Source: Halobacteriovoraceae bacterium (GTDB lineage: Bacteria > Bdellovibrionota > Bacteriovoracia > Bacteriovoracales > Bacteriovoracaceae). From it: a DNA stretch of 64,000 nucleotides. Shown piece after piece: positions 11,301 through 20,503 of the stretch. The position numbers were made by a program, and so were the translations under genes. Position 1 is the stretch's first letter; every line of letters starts with the position of its first letter. The notes under the pieces are model-generated. The model had not been told where the DNA came from, did not search any database, and saw only the letters and a program-made list of their open reading frames with translations. The DNA lies in contig CAVRCF010000005.1 of assembly GCA_963719505.1 (NCBI GenBank), forward strand, positions 864,001 to 928,000, read 5' to 3'.

Positions 11301-11445
11301 CAATGGTGGCCATAGCAAAGTTGACGGCGGGGTACGACTCTGAGTTTAGCTTTAAGCCCCCCATGATTCCAAAAACAACAAGCATGATTGATAAAATAAT
11401 CGTTAGTTTGTAGTTGTCTAAAAAGAATTTAATTAGATTATTCAT
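8317..11445 (-). CDS. RND efflux transporter permease (AcrB/AcrD/AcrF family)
   Basis: 1042 aa; GMMVDNAVVISEN proton-relay motif, GIIVNSGIVL, RLRAVLVTSLTT; 12-TM layout with two periplasmic loops. Confidence 0.95.
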   Translation of the reverse strand: MNNLIKFFLDNYKLTIILSIMLVVFGIMGGLKLNSESYPAVNFAMATIETRYEGATAKDVETLITKPIEDKIREVSGLKDVRSTSKSGFSSIFVRVDMDNEDEDAVLDDLEKAVNSVNDLPADLREEPTYKEVNSEEFPAIELAIVGDNTDRKRDLMVDLLKEELEDNKRILNVRPVGFLKRQFNIRLDEDKMNALHIGLEEVTSKIRMRNVDIPGGNLEKNGIKSLVRVEGKIKTVKDLNNITVRSNFNGQKVLLSDIATVEDGEEDAKFRASYNGKDATFLVVNKKAGADTLKLVDDVNMIIKKFEKQYGKDFEINIYNNEAEKVKNKLDILQSNAISGLVLVVVFLFLFLPGKVGLMASLSLPLAVMATIGFMPVFGMNLDAITILALVIALGMMVDNAVVISENFARLKDDEGLDSYEAAKKSAEQLWLPITATAFTTIAAFLPMLVTKGIMGQFIRFIPVVVTISLVVSLTEGFFLLPMRLRFVGGDKKKGEEKAEKKVDWFQKFIDKFEVFMDICVRRRYIVSAFFFISIFGALALMVVGNKFMLFPPEQTEVYIGRVEMPRGTTADETIKELDRISIELKKELGDWSKWVTARSGTSSMGPNDQQGATGENHGLIIAYASNYAKYNVFYKDFVAKMQKVESDVATKLKFEELVNGPPVGAAINATFRSNNDENLDAMVNEIIAQMSKVDGIYDLETNDILGEEEIKVLIDYDKTDQLGLSVNSIGNAIRTALSGTMVSKVILKDKEVDLNVRYSDNIRKSVKNLDNINVMDSQGNLVPVKTLAQTKITDGSVEIKRFDYKKSKTLTGKVKGAMTSVDANARLQKIYDELLPKYNDVSLVFGGESESTKESMESLGQALILALMGIFGLLVFLFKSYLRPMIIMSTIPLGLIGFSIAFFFHDKAISFLAMIGVIGLAGIIVNSGIVLISFIDELKKEGKLELKDILVKASGMRLRAVLVTSLTTISGLLPTAYGIGGSDSMLVPMTLAMAWGLTSGTILTLVWVPCAYAILEDYNAFLAKLPFLNRFADKSELETV

Positions 11446-11459
11446 TTATATCCTTAAAT

Positions 11460-12935
11460 TTAAAGTTTGTTAAAGTTGCAAGGTGTATCAGAGAACACCA
11501 CAAAGTAATCTAAAAGAGTATTCAATATCGCCAGCTGAGTATCAACGATTGCGATATCCGAATCAAGAAGTGCATCTTGATCTTGAACAAGTTGAAATGC
11601 AGGGATTCTCGCCTGATTAAACTTTTTTTCCATCTCTTTCAATCTCACCTTTAGAGAGTTTGAGTTGGAACGTTGAGCATCGATAATTTCAGTTAAGTAC
11701 TCAACTGATTTCGAAATCTCTGTATGTGTCGTAAGAAGACTATTATCCATCGATTTGATATTTGCCTTAAGTCTTTTTTCATTATATTTTTTCGTCACTT
11801 CTTCAGTATCAGAAAACTTCTTTCCTATTGGAATCGTTAACATAAGTCCTGCTGAGAAACCATCTTCAAGATTATTTAAAGACTCGTTATAACTTCCCTC
11901 GAAAGCATTAGAACCAGGTGTAACTTGCTCACTACCTACTCCGGTTTGTTTAAACTCCGTAGAAAGTTTAAGATCAATATTGTCGTAAGATGAATCAATA
12001 ACTTCTGTATTGGTCTGAACTGTTTTTAATAAAGAGACAAGCTCGTCATACTTTGTATATTCGTAGGGAACTTGCTTTTGGGTCTTGATTAAAGTGGTAC
12101 AAGATAAGACATCGAGAATCGTTCTATCAACATTGACGTTCTTTACTTTGAGTTCATTGGCTGCAATTTCAGGAAGAAAGTTTCTAAGCTGTTTAAGGAG
12201 TGATTCTCTCTCGTACTTCACAAGAAGAATACTACCTTGGCGACTCGAAGCCTGTGATTCGTATCTTGCCACTTCAGAAGCATCTGCGATAGAATTTTTT
12301 TGCCTCTGCTTTGAGTCCTTTAATTGTTTTTGAGCGAGTTTATATTGTTTTTCAGCTATCTCTAATTTTTGATTATTTGCGATCAAAGCCCAATAAATTT
12401 TTCTCAGTGTAATTCTAAAAACTTTTTGGTTGATTTCAGATTCGAGTTCACTTTGTTTTGCCAACATTTCCAAGTTATCAAGTTTTCTTCTCGTGACTCT
12501 TCCAAAAGCATCTTTCCAAAGATCGAGATTAACTTTTAAAGAATAAGTTGTTGTATGGAGACTGTCATAGCTGTTTCGAGAAGAAGACCTATTGTCTACC
12601 GATGCCGAAAGATCTGCTTGTAATCCGTACTTGAAGTTTTTCTTTAAACCCGCCTGGTATTGATGAACGGGAGAAAAGACCGGGATAAAGGTAATAAGAC
12701 CTTGCTCCTGTGTTTCGGCATAATTGTAGCCTGCATATCCCTCAACACCAAACATGTCTTTTGCCTTCATCTGTTCAGCCTTGGCTTGTAAGAGGTTGGC
12801 CTCTATTTTATCGAGTTCCGGCACAGAAGAGTTCTTAGAGAGGTTTAAAATTGACTCTTCAGTAAGAGTGAGAATAGGTGCGGCAAAAAGGCTTTGGGCC
12901 ATCACGAACATAAGGATTGCGAGGGATGAATTCAT
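11460..12935 (-). CDS. TolC-family outer membrane efflux protein
   Basis: Signal peptide, long helical stretches alternating with barrel strands (FSAGLMLTIPIG); directly upstream of the RND gene. Confidence 0.8.
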   Translation of the reverse strand: MNSSLAILMFVMAQSLFAAPILTLTEESILNLSKNSSVPELDKIEANLLQAKAEQMKAKDMFGVEGYAGYNYAETQEQGLITFIPVFSPVHQYQAGLKKNFKYGLQADLSASVDNRSSSRNSYDSLHTTTYSLKVNLDLWKDAFGRVTRRKLDNLEMLAKQSELESEINQKVFRITLRKIYWALIANNQKLEIAEKQYKLAQKQLKDSKQRQKNSIADASEVARYESQASSRQGSILLVKYERESLLKQLRNFLPEIAANELKVKNVNVDRTILDVLSCTTLIKTQKQVPYEYTKYDELVSLLKTVQTNTEVIDSSYDNIDLKLSTEFKQTGVGSEQVTPGSNAFEGSYNESLNNLEDGFSAGLMLTIPIGKKFSDTEEVTKKYNEKRLKANIKSMDNSLLTTHTEISKSVEYLTEIIDAQRSNSNSLKVRLKEMEKKFNQARIPAFQLVQDQDALLDSDIAIVDTQLAILNTLLDYFVVFSDTPCNFNKL

Positions 12936-12954
12936 TAAATCTCCAAAAATAAAT

Positions 12955-13011
12955 TAAAACGGTTGTTTGAAATCTAACATACTTCGACAATTTATTCAAA
13001 CAAATGTTTGA
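12955..13011 (-). promoter_or_regulatory. Sigma-70 promoter of tolC-RND-tetR flanked by two palindromic operators
   Basis: Minus strand TTGAAT (12999-12994), 17 bp, TAGATT (12976-12971) preceded by TGn. Palindromes TCAAACAAATGTTTGA (12996-13011) and TAAAACGGTTGTTTGA (12955-12970). Confidence 0.75.
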
Positions 13012-13992
13012 TTAAATTTTATTAAGAGATTTTTTACAGGTTTTGATGAGTTCTGAGACTAAGTCTCTAGAATTACTTACTTTTATTGGAAAGTTCTTTT
13101 CTTGCTCCTGTTTAAAAAAGTCAATTCGCTCCGAGGTCAAAGGGTGTGTACTTATAAATGAAAAGTATTTATTCTCTGCTCTATCTTCAGAAATCTTTTT
13201 CATGGCGTTGATATTATTCGACAGGCTTATTTTACTTTGTTTCATGAGTTCTACAGAGCGCTGGTCAGACTCTCTTTCCGCATCTCTTGAGTGTTTGGTG
13301 CTCGTGAATCCCCCTAAATATTTAAACAGTGAGCTCGACAATCCTACTCCCAGTAGATCAAGAAAAAGAGATCTGAGAACTGCCGGTTTATAGTGTTTAA
13401 AATGCAAGTGTCCAATCTCATGTCCTAAGATCGCAAAAAATTCTTCATCATTTAAGACTTCTAGCAACTCTCGAGTAAAAATTATTTTTTGTGTTGGGAA
13501 AGCAAAGGCATTTTTTAATTCAATATCTAAAAGATAAAGCTGATAGCTTTCTTTGATATTTAAAGTTTCAAGTATCTCGTGATTGAGACCATCGTTAACT
13601 TTACAATATGAGTCTCCAAAGTTTTCTAAAAAGTTATTAGACTCAATTATACGGTTGAAGTATTTGTCTGGAATAGAATTTGCAATTTCATCGGTAAAAG
13701 AGAATACAGTCAAAAAACATATAACTAAAGAGAATAGCGCTGTAAGAGAAACGAACACCAGAGTCTTATTTCTTCTCGATAATCTTTTATAGATCTCATC
13801 GAAGTAAAGATCGGTACTTAAGATTCGCAAAGTAAAACTATTGTAATGGAAAGCCACTTCTTCTTTCGATAAGTATGTTATCGTAATCTTATCAAGGGGA
13901 AATTCTATCTCGTCAGCAAAAATTGAATGGAAGAGCAACTTGATGCTTACCTGCTCCTTTTCATTAGTCTGTCCCTTAAAAAGAATGGCCAC
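13012..13992 (-). CDS. M48 family metallopeptidase
   Basis: NAFAFP, ILGHEIGH, SRDAERESD and STHPLTSERI motifs; coupled to the upstream YjgN-like gene. Confidence 0.9.
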   Translation of the reverse strand: MAILFKGQTNEKEQVSIKLLFHSIFADEIEFPLDKITITYLSKEEVAFHYNSFTLRILSTDLYFDEIYKRLSRRNKTLVFVSLTALFSLVICFLTVFSFTDEIANSIPDKYFNRIIESNNFLENFGDSYCKVNDGLNHEILETLNIKESYQLYLLDIELKNAFAFPTQKIIFTRELLEVLNDEEFFAILGHEIGHLHFKHYKPAVLRSLFLDLLGVGLSSSLFKYLGGFTSTKHSRDAERESDQRSVELMKQSKISLSNNINAMKKISEDRAENKYFSFISTHPLTSERIDFFKQEQEKNFPIKVSNSRDLVSELIKTCKKSLNKI

Positions 13993-15059
13993 TAGAAAGC
14001 GTCAAACATATCTAGTGAAAAGTTATCTGCAAAGACATCATCAAAAGAGCTAGAAGCTTGGCTTTCATTTGAATCGAGAGAAGACTGTGTCACTAATTGG
14101 TCCGCACCTATCACGGTTATTGTATTTGCATAAAGCTTAATATTATTTGCCAGTGCCAACGGGAATCCAATTCCAAAGGTGCAAATTATAATCAACGCAT
14201 TAATGATGTGATATTTAACAGCTCTTCTCACCGTTATGCTTGTTGAAAAGCTAATATTTTCTGATGAAAGACATTCAACCTTCTTTCTAAAAAGATTCAC
14301 AAAAAGGGAACTGACAAAAAACATATAAATAACCGCAGCAATGATTGAGAGACAACTCCATAGAGCAATCGCACCGGGAGTTAAGTTTGCAGCGGTTTTT
14401 GATATATTTACCTGGGCTAAAGTAAAAGCTGAAAAGAACGCAATAAAAAGGCCTAACAGAACTAAAGTATGCTTGGTGACGATACTAATGTAGTCCGAAA
14501 ACACCATTGTAAACTTAAACTTCTCGCTTCCATATCGTAGGGAGTTATATTTTATAACATCTGTTTTAAAGAGAAAGTAAGGAAATGCTATTCCGAAAGT
14601 GACGAAGGTAATAATCCCCCACTTTAGACACATAAGGTATAGCCTCTTCAATGAATCTAGTTGAGTTGAAAACCTTATCCCATTGTAGAGAGTACGATTA
14701 ACTTGATAGCGAAAAGAGCCTAGTTTTGCCTTATAGAAAATCGTTGAAAAAATGAGTGATCCCAAAATCGCTCCCACGGCAATAATCATGATATTTTTTG
14801 GAAAAATATAGGGAAAACCATATTGAGTAATCGTTGAAAAGAGTAAAATCATGGAGAGGATGATATAGCCGAAGATAAGCTCTTTGACTTGTCCTAAATA
14901 GTAAAATCGCTCACCATTCAGACTTGTTCTGGCCCAGATCTCTTGCCTGATTGCTGTCATCCCCCATGGTAGGTAAAGTCCAAAAGTGATGACGATAAAA
15001 AAACAATTGAGAAACATTTTAGGATAGAAGCCATCCCCATCTTTGAATTCAACTTTCAT
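13992..15059 (-). CDS. YjgN family (DUF898) inner membrane protein
   Basis: Repeated ITFGLYLPW / VTFGIAFPY / CTFGIGFP motifs; the YjgN plus M48 peptidase pairing is a familiar arrangement. Confidence 0.85.
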   Translation of the reverse strand: MKVEFKDGDGFYPKMFLNCFFIVITFGLYLPWGMTAIRQEIWARTSLNGERFYYLGQVKELIFGYIILSMILLFSTITQYGFPYIFPKNIMIIAVGAILGSLIFSTIFYKAKLGSFRYQVNRTLYNGIRFSTQLDSLKRLYLMCLKWGIITFVTFGIAFPYFLFKTDVIKYNSLRYGSEKFKFTMVFSDYISIVTKHTLVLLGLFIAFFSAFTLAQVNISKTAANLTPGAIALWSCLSIIAAVIYMFFVSSLFVNLFRKKVECLSSENISFSTSITVRRAVKYHIINALIIICTFGIGFPLALANNIKLYANTITVIGADQLVTQSSLDSNESQASSSFDDVFADNFSLDMFDAF

Positions 15060-15066
15060 TTTGTCC

Positions 15067-16086
15067 TTAGTATAGATTTTGAATAACTTTGATAATATCC
15101 AGACCTTGATCTTTTAAAGAATTAATAGATCTATTTTCTGGATTTTTCTTTTTGATATTTCTAATTGACTCGTGGGTCAGCGCATTTTTTTTATAATGAT
15201 CAATGAGAACAATTCTGGCCATCGCCTTATCCCCATTAGATTTTTGAAAGTTTCCATTTTGCCATTTATCATAGATTTTAAGTTCATCAATAAACTGCTG
15301 CTGATGTTGATAAAAAGCTCTATCAACATAGTTTCTTTTTACTCTGTAAATGAAATCCTCTGTAAAAGATCCGTGCATATCTAATGCGACAAAAATATCG
15401 TCTTTAACCACTTTCATTTTTTCTTTTAAATCACGGTGAATAACTTTTATCTCATCATAACTTCTGAAAAGTCCTTTGTGCCAGCTTCTATTAAGGTCTC
15501 TATTATTTGCATTGTAACGAGAATGGGCTTCAGCTCCATCAGGATTAATCATGGGATAGAGAAGAAGTTGATATTCATTTCTAAACGCTTCGTTTTTTAT
15601 GTACTCGTTAAAGAAGCCTTCAATGATCCAGTTTGCAGTTCCCTCGTCCCCGTGATGTCTACCAAACATAAGAATTGTCTTTTTCTTTTGCAATGAAACG
15701 GGTGCAACGGAGAAAAGGTCTCTTCCTTTGATACTCTTTCCTATGATTGAAATCTGCAGACCTGCTTTTTCTAACGCCCCTTGGTTTTGGGCCAGGTACT
15801 TTTGCATACGGGCATAGGTATAGTATTCAAGGTATTTTTTATTATACTCTTCATGAGAGTTATTAGATTTTAGCTTCTTATCAAATATTTGGATTTCATA
15901 AGTTTTATTTTGCTCAATTTTTACACGAGAGATTGGTTGATAAATGCCATCTCCCACCAAGACAAAGATTTCGTGACCACTCTTCAAAGACTTTAAGGCA
16001 TGACCTTTGAGACTTTTCTCGTGGACGCATTCACTTTGAGCGCCTAGTGATAAGCTGAGAAGGATGATAATAACTATATTTTTCAT
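15067..16086 (-). CDS. Secreted M14 family zinc carboxypeptidase
   Basis: GKSIKGRDL, RHHGDE (HxxE), PMINPDG, RYNANNRDLNR, LDMHG; N-terminal signal peptide. Confidence 0.9.
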   Translation of the reverse strand: MKNIVIIILLSLSLGAQSECVHEKSLKGHALKSLKSGHEIFVLVGDGIYQPISRVKIEQNKTYEIQIFDKKLKSNNSHEEYNKKYLEYYTYARMQKYLAQNQGALEKAGLQISIIGKSIKGRDLFSVAPVSLQKKKTILMFGRHHGDEGTANWIIEGFFNEYIKNEAFRNEYQLLLYPMINPDGAEAHSRYNANNRDLNRSWHKGLFRSYDEIKVIHRDLKEKMKVVKDDIFVALDMHGSFTEDFIYRVKRNYVDRAFYQHQQQFIDELKIYDKWQNGNFQKSNGDKAMARIVLIDHYKKNALTHESIRNIKKKNPENRSINSLKDQGLDIIKVIQNLY

Positions 16087-16092
16087 CTTTAA

Positions 16093-16121
16093 AAGATAGC
16101 AAAGCTGTCAATATGGGTCAA
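16093..16121 (-). promoter_or_regulatory. Sigma-70 promoter, probably giving a leaderless mRNA for the M14 peptidase
   Basis: Minus strand TTGACC-17 bp-TATCTT, -10 box 6 nt before ATG 16086, no Shine-Dalgarno. Confidence 0.65.
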
Positions 16122-16185
16122 CGAAAGGGCATGAAATCATTAGATTTTACACGTTCAAAAGCCATTTTGCTGCTAAAATTGGAAT

Positions 16186-16219
16186 AAAAAAGGGAGACAA
16201 CCGCCTCCCTTCTTTTTTT
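16186..16219 (-). terminator. Intrinsic terminator downstream of hppA
   Basis: aagggag-acaaccgc-ctccctt hairpin with A run on the left and T run on the right. Confidence 0.75.
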
Positions 16220-16236
16220 AAAAATATAAACTCTAA

Positions 16237-18483
16237 TTACTTTACAAGTTCTTTAACCAAAGTGACCTTTTTAGTAGGTGCCTCAATTACTTTTTCAATT
16301 TTCTTTGGAGCATTAAGACCGTGATTATGTCCTGAATGATCGTCCATCATATCGTGACCCATTCCACCTTTAACAGCAATATGAGGAGCGATAATGAGTG
16401 AAACAATCGACGTAAGCTTAATTAGAATATTCATTGAAGGTCCTGAAGTATCTTTAAATGGATCACCAACAGTATCACCAGTAACAGATGCTTTGTGAGC
16501 TTCACTACCTTTGTATTCCATTTTACCGTTAATCATAACACCTTTTTCAAATGACTTCTTAGCATTATCCCAAGCACCACCGGCGTTGTTTTGGAAGATT
16601 CCCATAAGAACACCAGAAACAGTTATCACCTGCAAGTAGTTCCACCAAGAACTTCTGGACCAAAAGAAAAACCAACAATGATTGGAGTTAAAAGAGCAAT
16701 TGCTCCTGGAAGCATCATCTCTCTGATAGAAGCTTCAGTTGAGATCGCAACACATTTGTCGTATTCAGGCTTAGCTTTATATTCCATGATTCCTGGAATT
16801 TCTTTAAACTGACGTCTAACTTCTTTAACCATTTCCATTGCAGCACGACCAACAGCCGCGATACAAAGAGAAGAGAAAATAAAAGGAATCATACCACCAA
16901 CAAATAGACCCTGCAAGAACATCTGCTTTATAAATATCGATTGAATCAATTCCAGCAAGACCAACAAATGCTGCAAATAGTGCAAGTGCTGTTAATGCAG
17001 CAGAAGCAATAGCAAAACCTTTACCAGTCGCTGCAGTTGTATTTCCAACAGCATCTAAAATATCTGTTCTTCCACTAACTTCTTCTGGAAGACCACTCAT
17101 CTCAGCAATACCACCAGCATTATCTGCGATTGGACCGAAAGCATCGATAGCAAGTTGCATAGCTGTTGTCGCCATCATCCCACTTGCTGCAATTGCAACA
17201 CCGTAAAGACCAGCAAAATGGTGAGATAAATAAATCCCAGCAGCTAAAATGATGATTGGAAGAACAGTTGATTCCATCCCTACAGATAAGACCACCGATA
17301 ATATTTGTTGCGTGACCTGTATCAGATTGTTGAACAATCTGAATTTACAGGCTTTTTACCCATCGCTGTATAATATTCAGTTACGATACTCATAAGAGCT
17401 CCAACAATTGAACCAACGATGATTGCATAAAAGACATCCATATTTGTAAATGCATACACCTCTAAGCTCTAAAGCTTCTGGAAGCATCCAATGAACAATG
17501 AAAGAAAGAAGCAACAACAGTTAAAATAACTGAAACCCAGTTACCTCTGTTAAGAGCTTTTTGAACGTCACCGTTTTCATCTTTAATTTTAACTAGGGCA
17601 CAACCGATGATTGAGAAAATAATTCCAAGTCCTGCAATTACCATTGGTAAGAAGGATTGGAGATAGACCATCAAAATTATCAACGACCGCAATTTCACGA
17701 CCTAAAACCATTGTTGCTAAAATTGTTGCAACATAAGATCCAAATAGATCAGCTCCCATACCAGCAACATCACCAACGTTGTCACCAACGTTATCTGCAA
17801 TCGTTGCAGGGTTTCTAATATCATCTTCAGGAATTCCAGCTTCAACTTTACCAACAAGATCTGCACCAACGTCAGCAGCTTTTGTATAAATACCACCACC
17901 AACTCTTGCAAATAATGCAATTGATTCAGCACCCAAAGAGAAACCAGCAAGAACTTCAATTGCTTTTTCCATTGCAAGACCATTAGCTGATCCACCAGTT
18001 TGAACGACATACATATTATAGAAAACGATGAAAAGTGAACCAATACCTAAAACTGCAAGACCTGCAACTCCAAGACCCATTACCGTTCCACCTGTGAAAG
18101 CAACTTTTAAGTGCGTGCTTTAAACTTGTTCTAGCCGCTTGAGTCGTTCTAACATTTGATTTCGTAGCGATTTTCATTCCTAAATATCCAGCAAATGCTG
18201 AAAGAAATGCACCGATAATGAAAGAAATTGCAATAACCCAGCTACTTGTTTCAACTAATGTTCCAGACCAACCCAAAAGAATTGCTCCAAAAAATGTAAA
18301 GTAACCAAGTACTTTCCATTCTGCTTTTAAGAAAGCCATTGCTCCAGTTGCGATGTGATTCGCAAGCTCGATCATGTTTTCATCACCTTGATCTTGTCCA
18401 ACTACCCATGATTGTTTTACGGCCATAACAATTAAAGCCAAAACACCAAGAGCGGGAACGAGATAGATTACATAAGATTCCAT
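16237..18483 (-). pseudogene. hppA: Membrane-integral ion-translocating pyrophosphatase, split by nine +1 frameshifts (probably sequencing errors in an intact gene of about 745 aa)
   Basis: Fragments carry [50 protein letters not shown] and [14 protein letters not shown]; removing nine single bases restores one stop-free frame. Confidence 0.93.
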
Positions 18484-18606
18484 CAATACCACCTGTTTGT
18501 TTGATTGTGTGTGTTATAAAATAACTTTTAATTTAAAAACTGTGTAATAGACTCAAGATATTAACGAGTTGTGATTTTAATGTAAAGAGAAATGACTGGC
18601 ATGACG

Positions 18607-19323
18607 CTACTGGTCTTCAAAATAGATATTGATTTCTTTTGCAGCATTATAAGCGCTTTTCGATACTGAAGAGTATGATTTAATCAGGCGATTTTTATAA
18701 AAAATTTTAATTTCGTAGTTTTTATTTTGAGTGTTGATAAGGTCGTATGTCCTAAGAATTCCAGTTCTGGTAGCATCAATAAGGTACTGCTGAGCTGATT
18801 TAACAGACAGGGAAACGAGAACTTCATTAAGGTTCAGACCATCAATTGTGTCATCAAGAGTAGATTCTTCATAAGGAGTAAGAGGAACCAGAACTCCTCT
18901 CTCTAATAAATGGCCCGTAAAAATTCCTTTTGTTTTTAAATGAAGATTTATTTGCGAGACATTTTTTGAATCGATAACACTGGATATTAAAGAGGCTGAT
19001 GCTCTTCCTAGACAGTTTGTAAGATACCCACCAATAGCAGAGACGCTTATTTTCTCTTCGTGGAATTCGGGAGTGAATCGTCCGGCAACAGAGTAGATTT
19101 CAGTCTGATTGATACCTCTTAAAATATACCATTTAGAATTAGTTCTTGGATCTTTTTGAAAAAGTAAGACTGAGTTCATTTGTTTCACCAGCTCATTGGA
19201 ATAGTTTATGGTCTGACTATTTGAATGGTAATAAGTTGTGGGATGAACAACGATAAGATCATTGTTATTAATAGCAACGGCAAAAGAACTTAATGAAAGT
19301 AAAAATAAGTATATATATTTCAT
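18607..19323 (-). CDS. Hypothetical secreted protein
   Basis: ATG 19323 with GAGGGG RBS and signal peptide MKYIYLFLLSLSSFA. Confidence 0.7.
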   Translation of the reverse strand: MKYIYLFLLSLSSFAVAINNNDLIVVHPTTYYHSNSQTINYSNELVKQMNSVLLFQKDPRTNSKWYILRGINQTEIYSVAGRFTPEFHEEKISVSAIGGYLTNCLGRASASLISSVIDSKNVSQINLHLKTKGIFTGHLLERGVLVPLTPYEESTLDDTIDGLNLNEVLVSLSVKSAQQYLIDATRTGILRTYDLINTQNKNYEIKIFYKNRLIKSYSSVSKSAYNAAKEINIYFEDQ

Positions 19324-19361
19324 AAAAAATCCCCTCTCTATTACAGAGAGGAGCAACTTAT

Positions 19362-19979
19362 TTAGCTTAAAACTTTTACGAGTTCAACTTTGAAAGTTAA
19401 AACTGAATTTGGACCAATTTGTCCACCAGCTCCTCTTTCTCCGTAAGCAAGATGAGCGGGAATAACTAGATTCCATACCGATCCTTCTTTCATTAATTGA
19501 AGGGCTTCTGTCCAACCTGGAATAACTCCCCCTACTGGAAAAGAAGTTGTCTCACCTCTTTGATAACTAGAATCAAAGATTGTTCCATCAATAAGTCTTC
19601 CCTCATAATGAACTTCAACTTTAGAGGCAGCCGTTGGGCTGATGCCAGATCCTTCTTTTTCTATAGAGTACTGAAGTCCCGTCCCCGTTGTCATCACTCC
19701 TTCTTTTTGTTTATTTAGTTCTAAAAATTTTGTTCCAATTTCTAGATTTTTTTCGCCTGCAGCAGATGCCATCTCTTGAGCTTTCTTTGCCATCTCGACT
19801 TGAAAAGCATTCATTATTTTTTGAGTTTCTTCAGCATCCATTTCAGATTCTTCACCTTTAATTGAAGAGTTGAATCCTTTTAAAAAAGTATCCACGTTTA
19901 CACCAATGCCTTGAGTAGCGAAGTCACCGCCGATTTGACGACCAATGATGTAGCTGACTTTGTCCATGTGATTTTCCAT
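19362..19979 (-). CDS. FKBP-type peptidyl-prolyl cis-trans isomerase (FklB/FkpA-like)
   Basis: KVSYIIG dimerisation helix, VHYEGRLIDGTIFDSS, VIPGWTEAL, LAYGERG; no signal peptide. Confidence 0.95.
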   Translation of the reverse strand: MENHMDKVSYIIGRQIGGDFATQGIGVNVDTFLKGFNSSIKGEESEMDAEETQKIMNAFQVEMAKKAQEMASAAGEKNLEIGTKFLELNKQKEGVMTTGTGLQYSIEKEGSGISPTAASKVEVHYEGRLIDGTIFDSSYQRGETTSFPVGGVIPGWTEALQLMKEGSVWNLVIPAHLAYGERGAGGQIGPNSVLTFKVELVKVLS

Positions 19980-19993
19980 TTTTTTCTCCTGTT

Positions 19994-20395
19994 TTAAATT
20001 TTACCTGTTATAGATATTGGTTTTTTTGTTTCTGAAATTGCGACAAAAGTAAATTCTCCTGAACACGCGACATATTTTTGAGTTGAGTACATTTCTTCTA
20101 AATGAATATCAACTTGAATTTTACAGCTTGTCTTTCCCACCTCTACGACTTTTGCAATGAGTTCAGCTATACATCCAGCTGGGATTGGTTCTTTAAAATC
20201 AATCTTATCTGTAGAAACAGTAACAACTCTTTGTCTTGAAAATCGAGTGGCACAAATAAAAGCCAACTCATCCATCCATTTCAGAGCCGTTCCTCCAAAA
20301 AGAGTGTCATAGTGGTTTACGGTGTTTGGGAAAATGGCTTTTACTTGGGTAGAAATGGAGGCTTCTATGGCCTTTTGTACTTTCTTTGAATTCAT
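19994..20395 (-). CDS. Acyl-CoA thioesterase (hotdog fold, YciA-like)
   Basis: NHYDTLFGGTALKWMDE, VVTVSTDKIDF, FTFVAI. Start moved to ATG 20395 (GAGGAG RBS); the upstream ORF extension overlaps the riboswitch. Confidence 0.92.
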   Translation of the reverse strand: MNSKKVQKAIEASISTQVKAIFPNTVNHYDTLFGGTALKWMDELAFICATRFSRQRVVTVSTDKIDFKEPIPAGCIAELIAKVVEVGKTSCKIQVDIHLEEMYSTQKYVACSGEFTFVAISETKKPISITGKI

Positions 20396-20399
20396 TTTT

Positions 20400-20503
20400 C
20401 TTCTCCTCGGAAGTTTATTGGATTTTGTCTTTTGAGGATCTGACTTAGAGACAATTCTCTTCACAGTTGCGGGACAGCTTGGGAGTCGCACCCAATTCAC
20501 TCG
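20400..20503 (-). ncRNA. Cobalamin (B12) riboswitch, compact form
   Basis: Minus strand GAGTGAA-TTGGG TGCGACT CCCAA-GCTGTCCCGCAACTGTGA-AGAGA ATTG TCTCT-AAGTCAGATCCTC: T-loop stem, CCCGCAACTGT core and AAGTCAG B12 box; the downstream hairpin CTTC-CGAGGA-GAAG contains the RBS. Confidence 0.85.

Noticed and set aside
16237-18492. hppA fragments as separate genes or programmed frameshifting
   Set aside because: They are consecutive pieces of one protein; nine shifts without slippery heptamers are not plausible as recoding.
20396-20500. 35-residue N-terminal extension of the thioesterase in the ORF track
   Set aside because: It overlaps the riboswitch; the RBS sits before ATG 20395.
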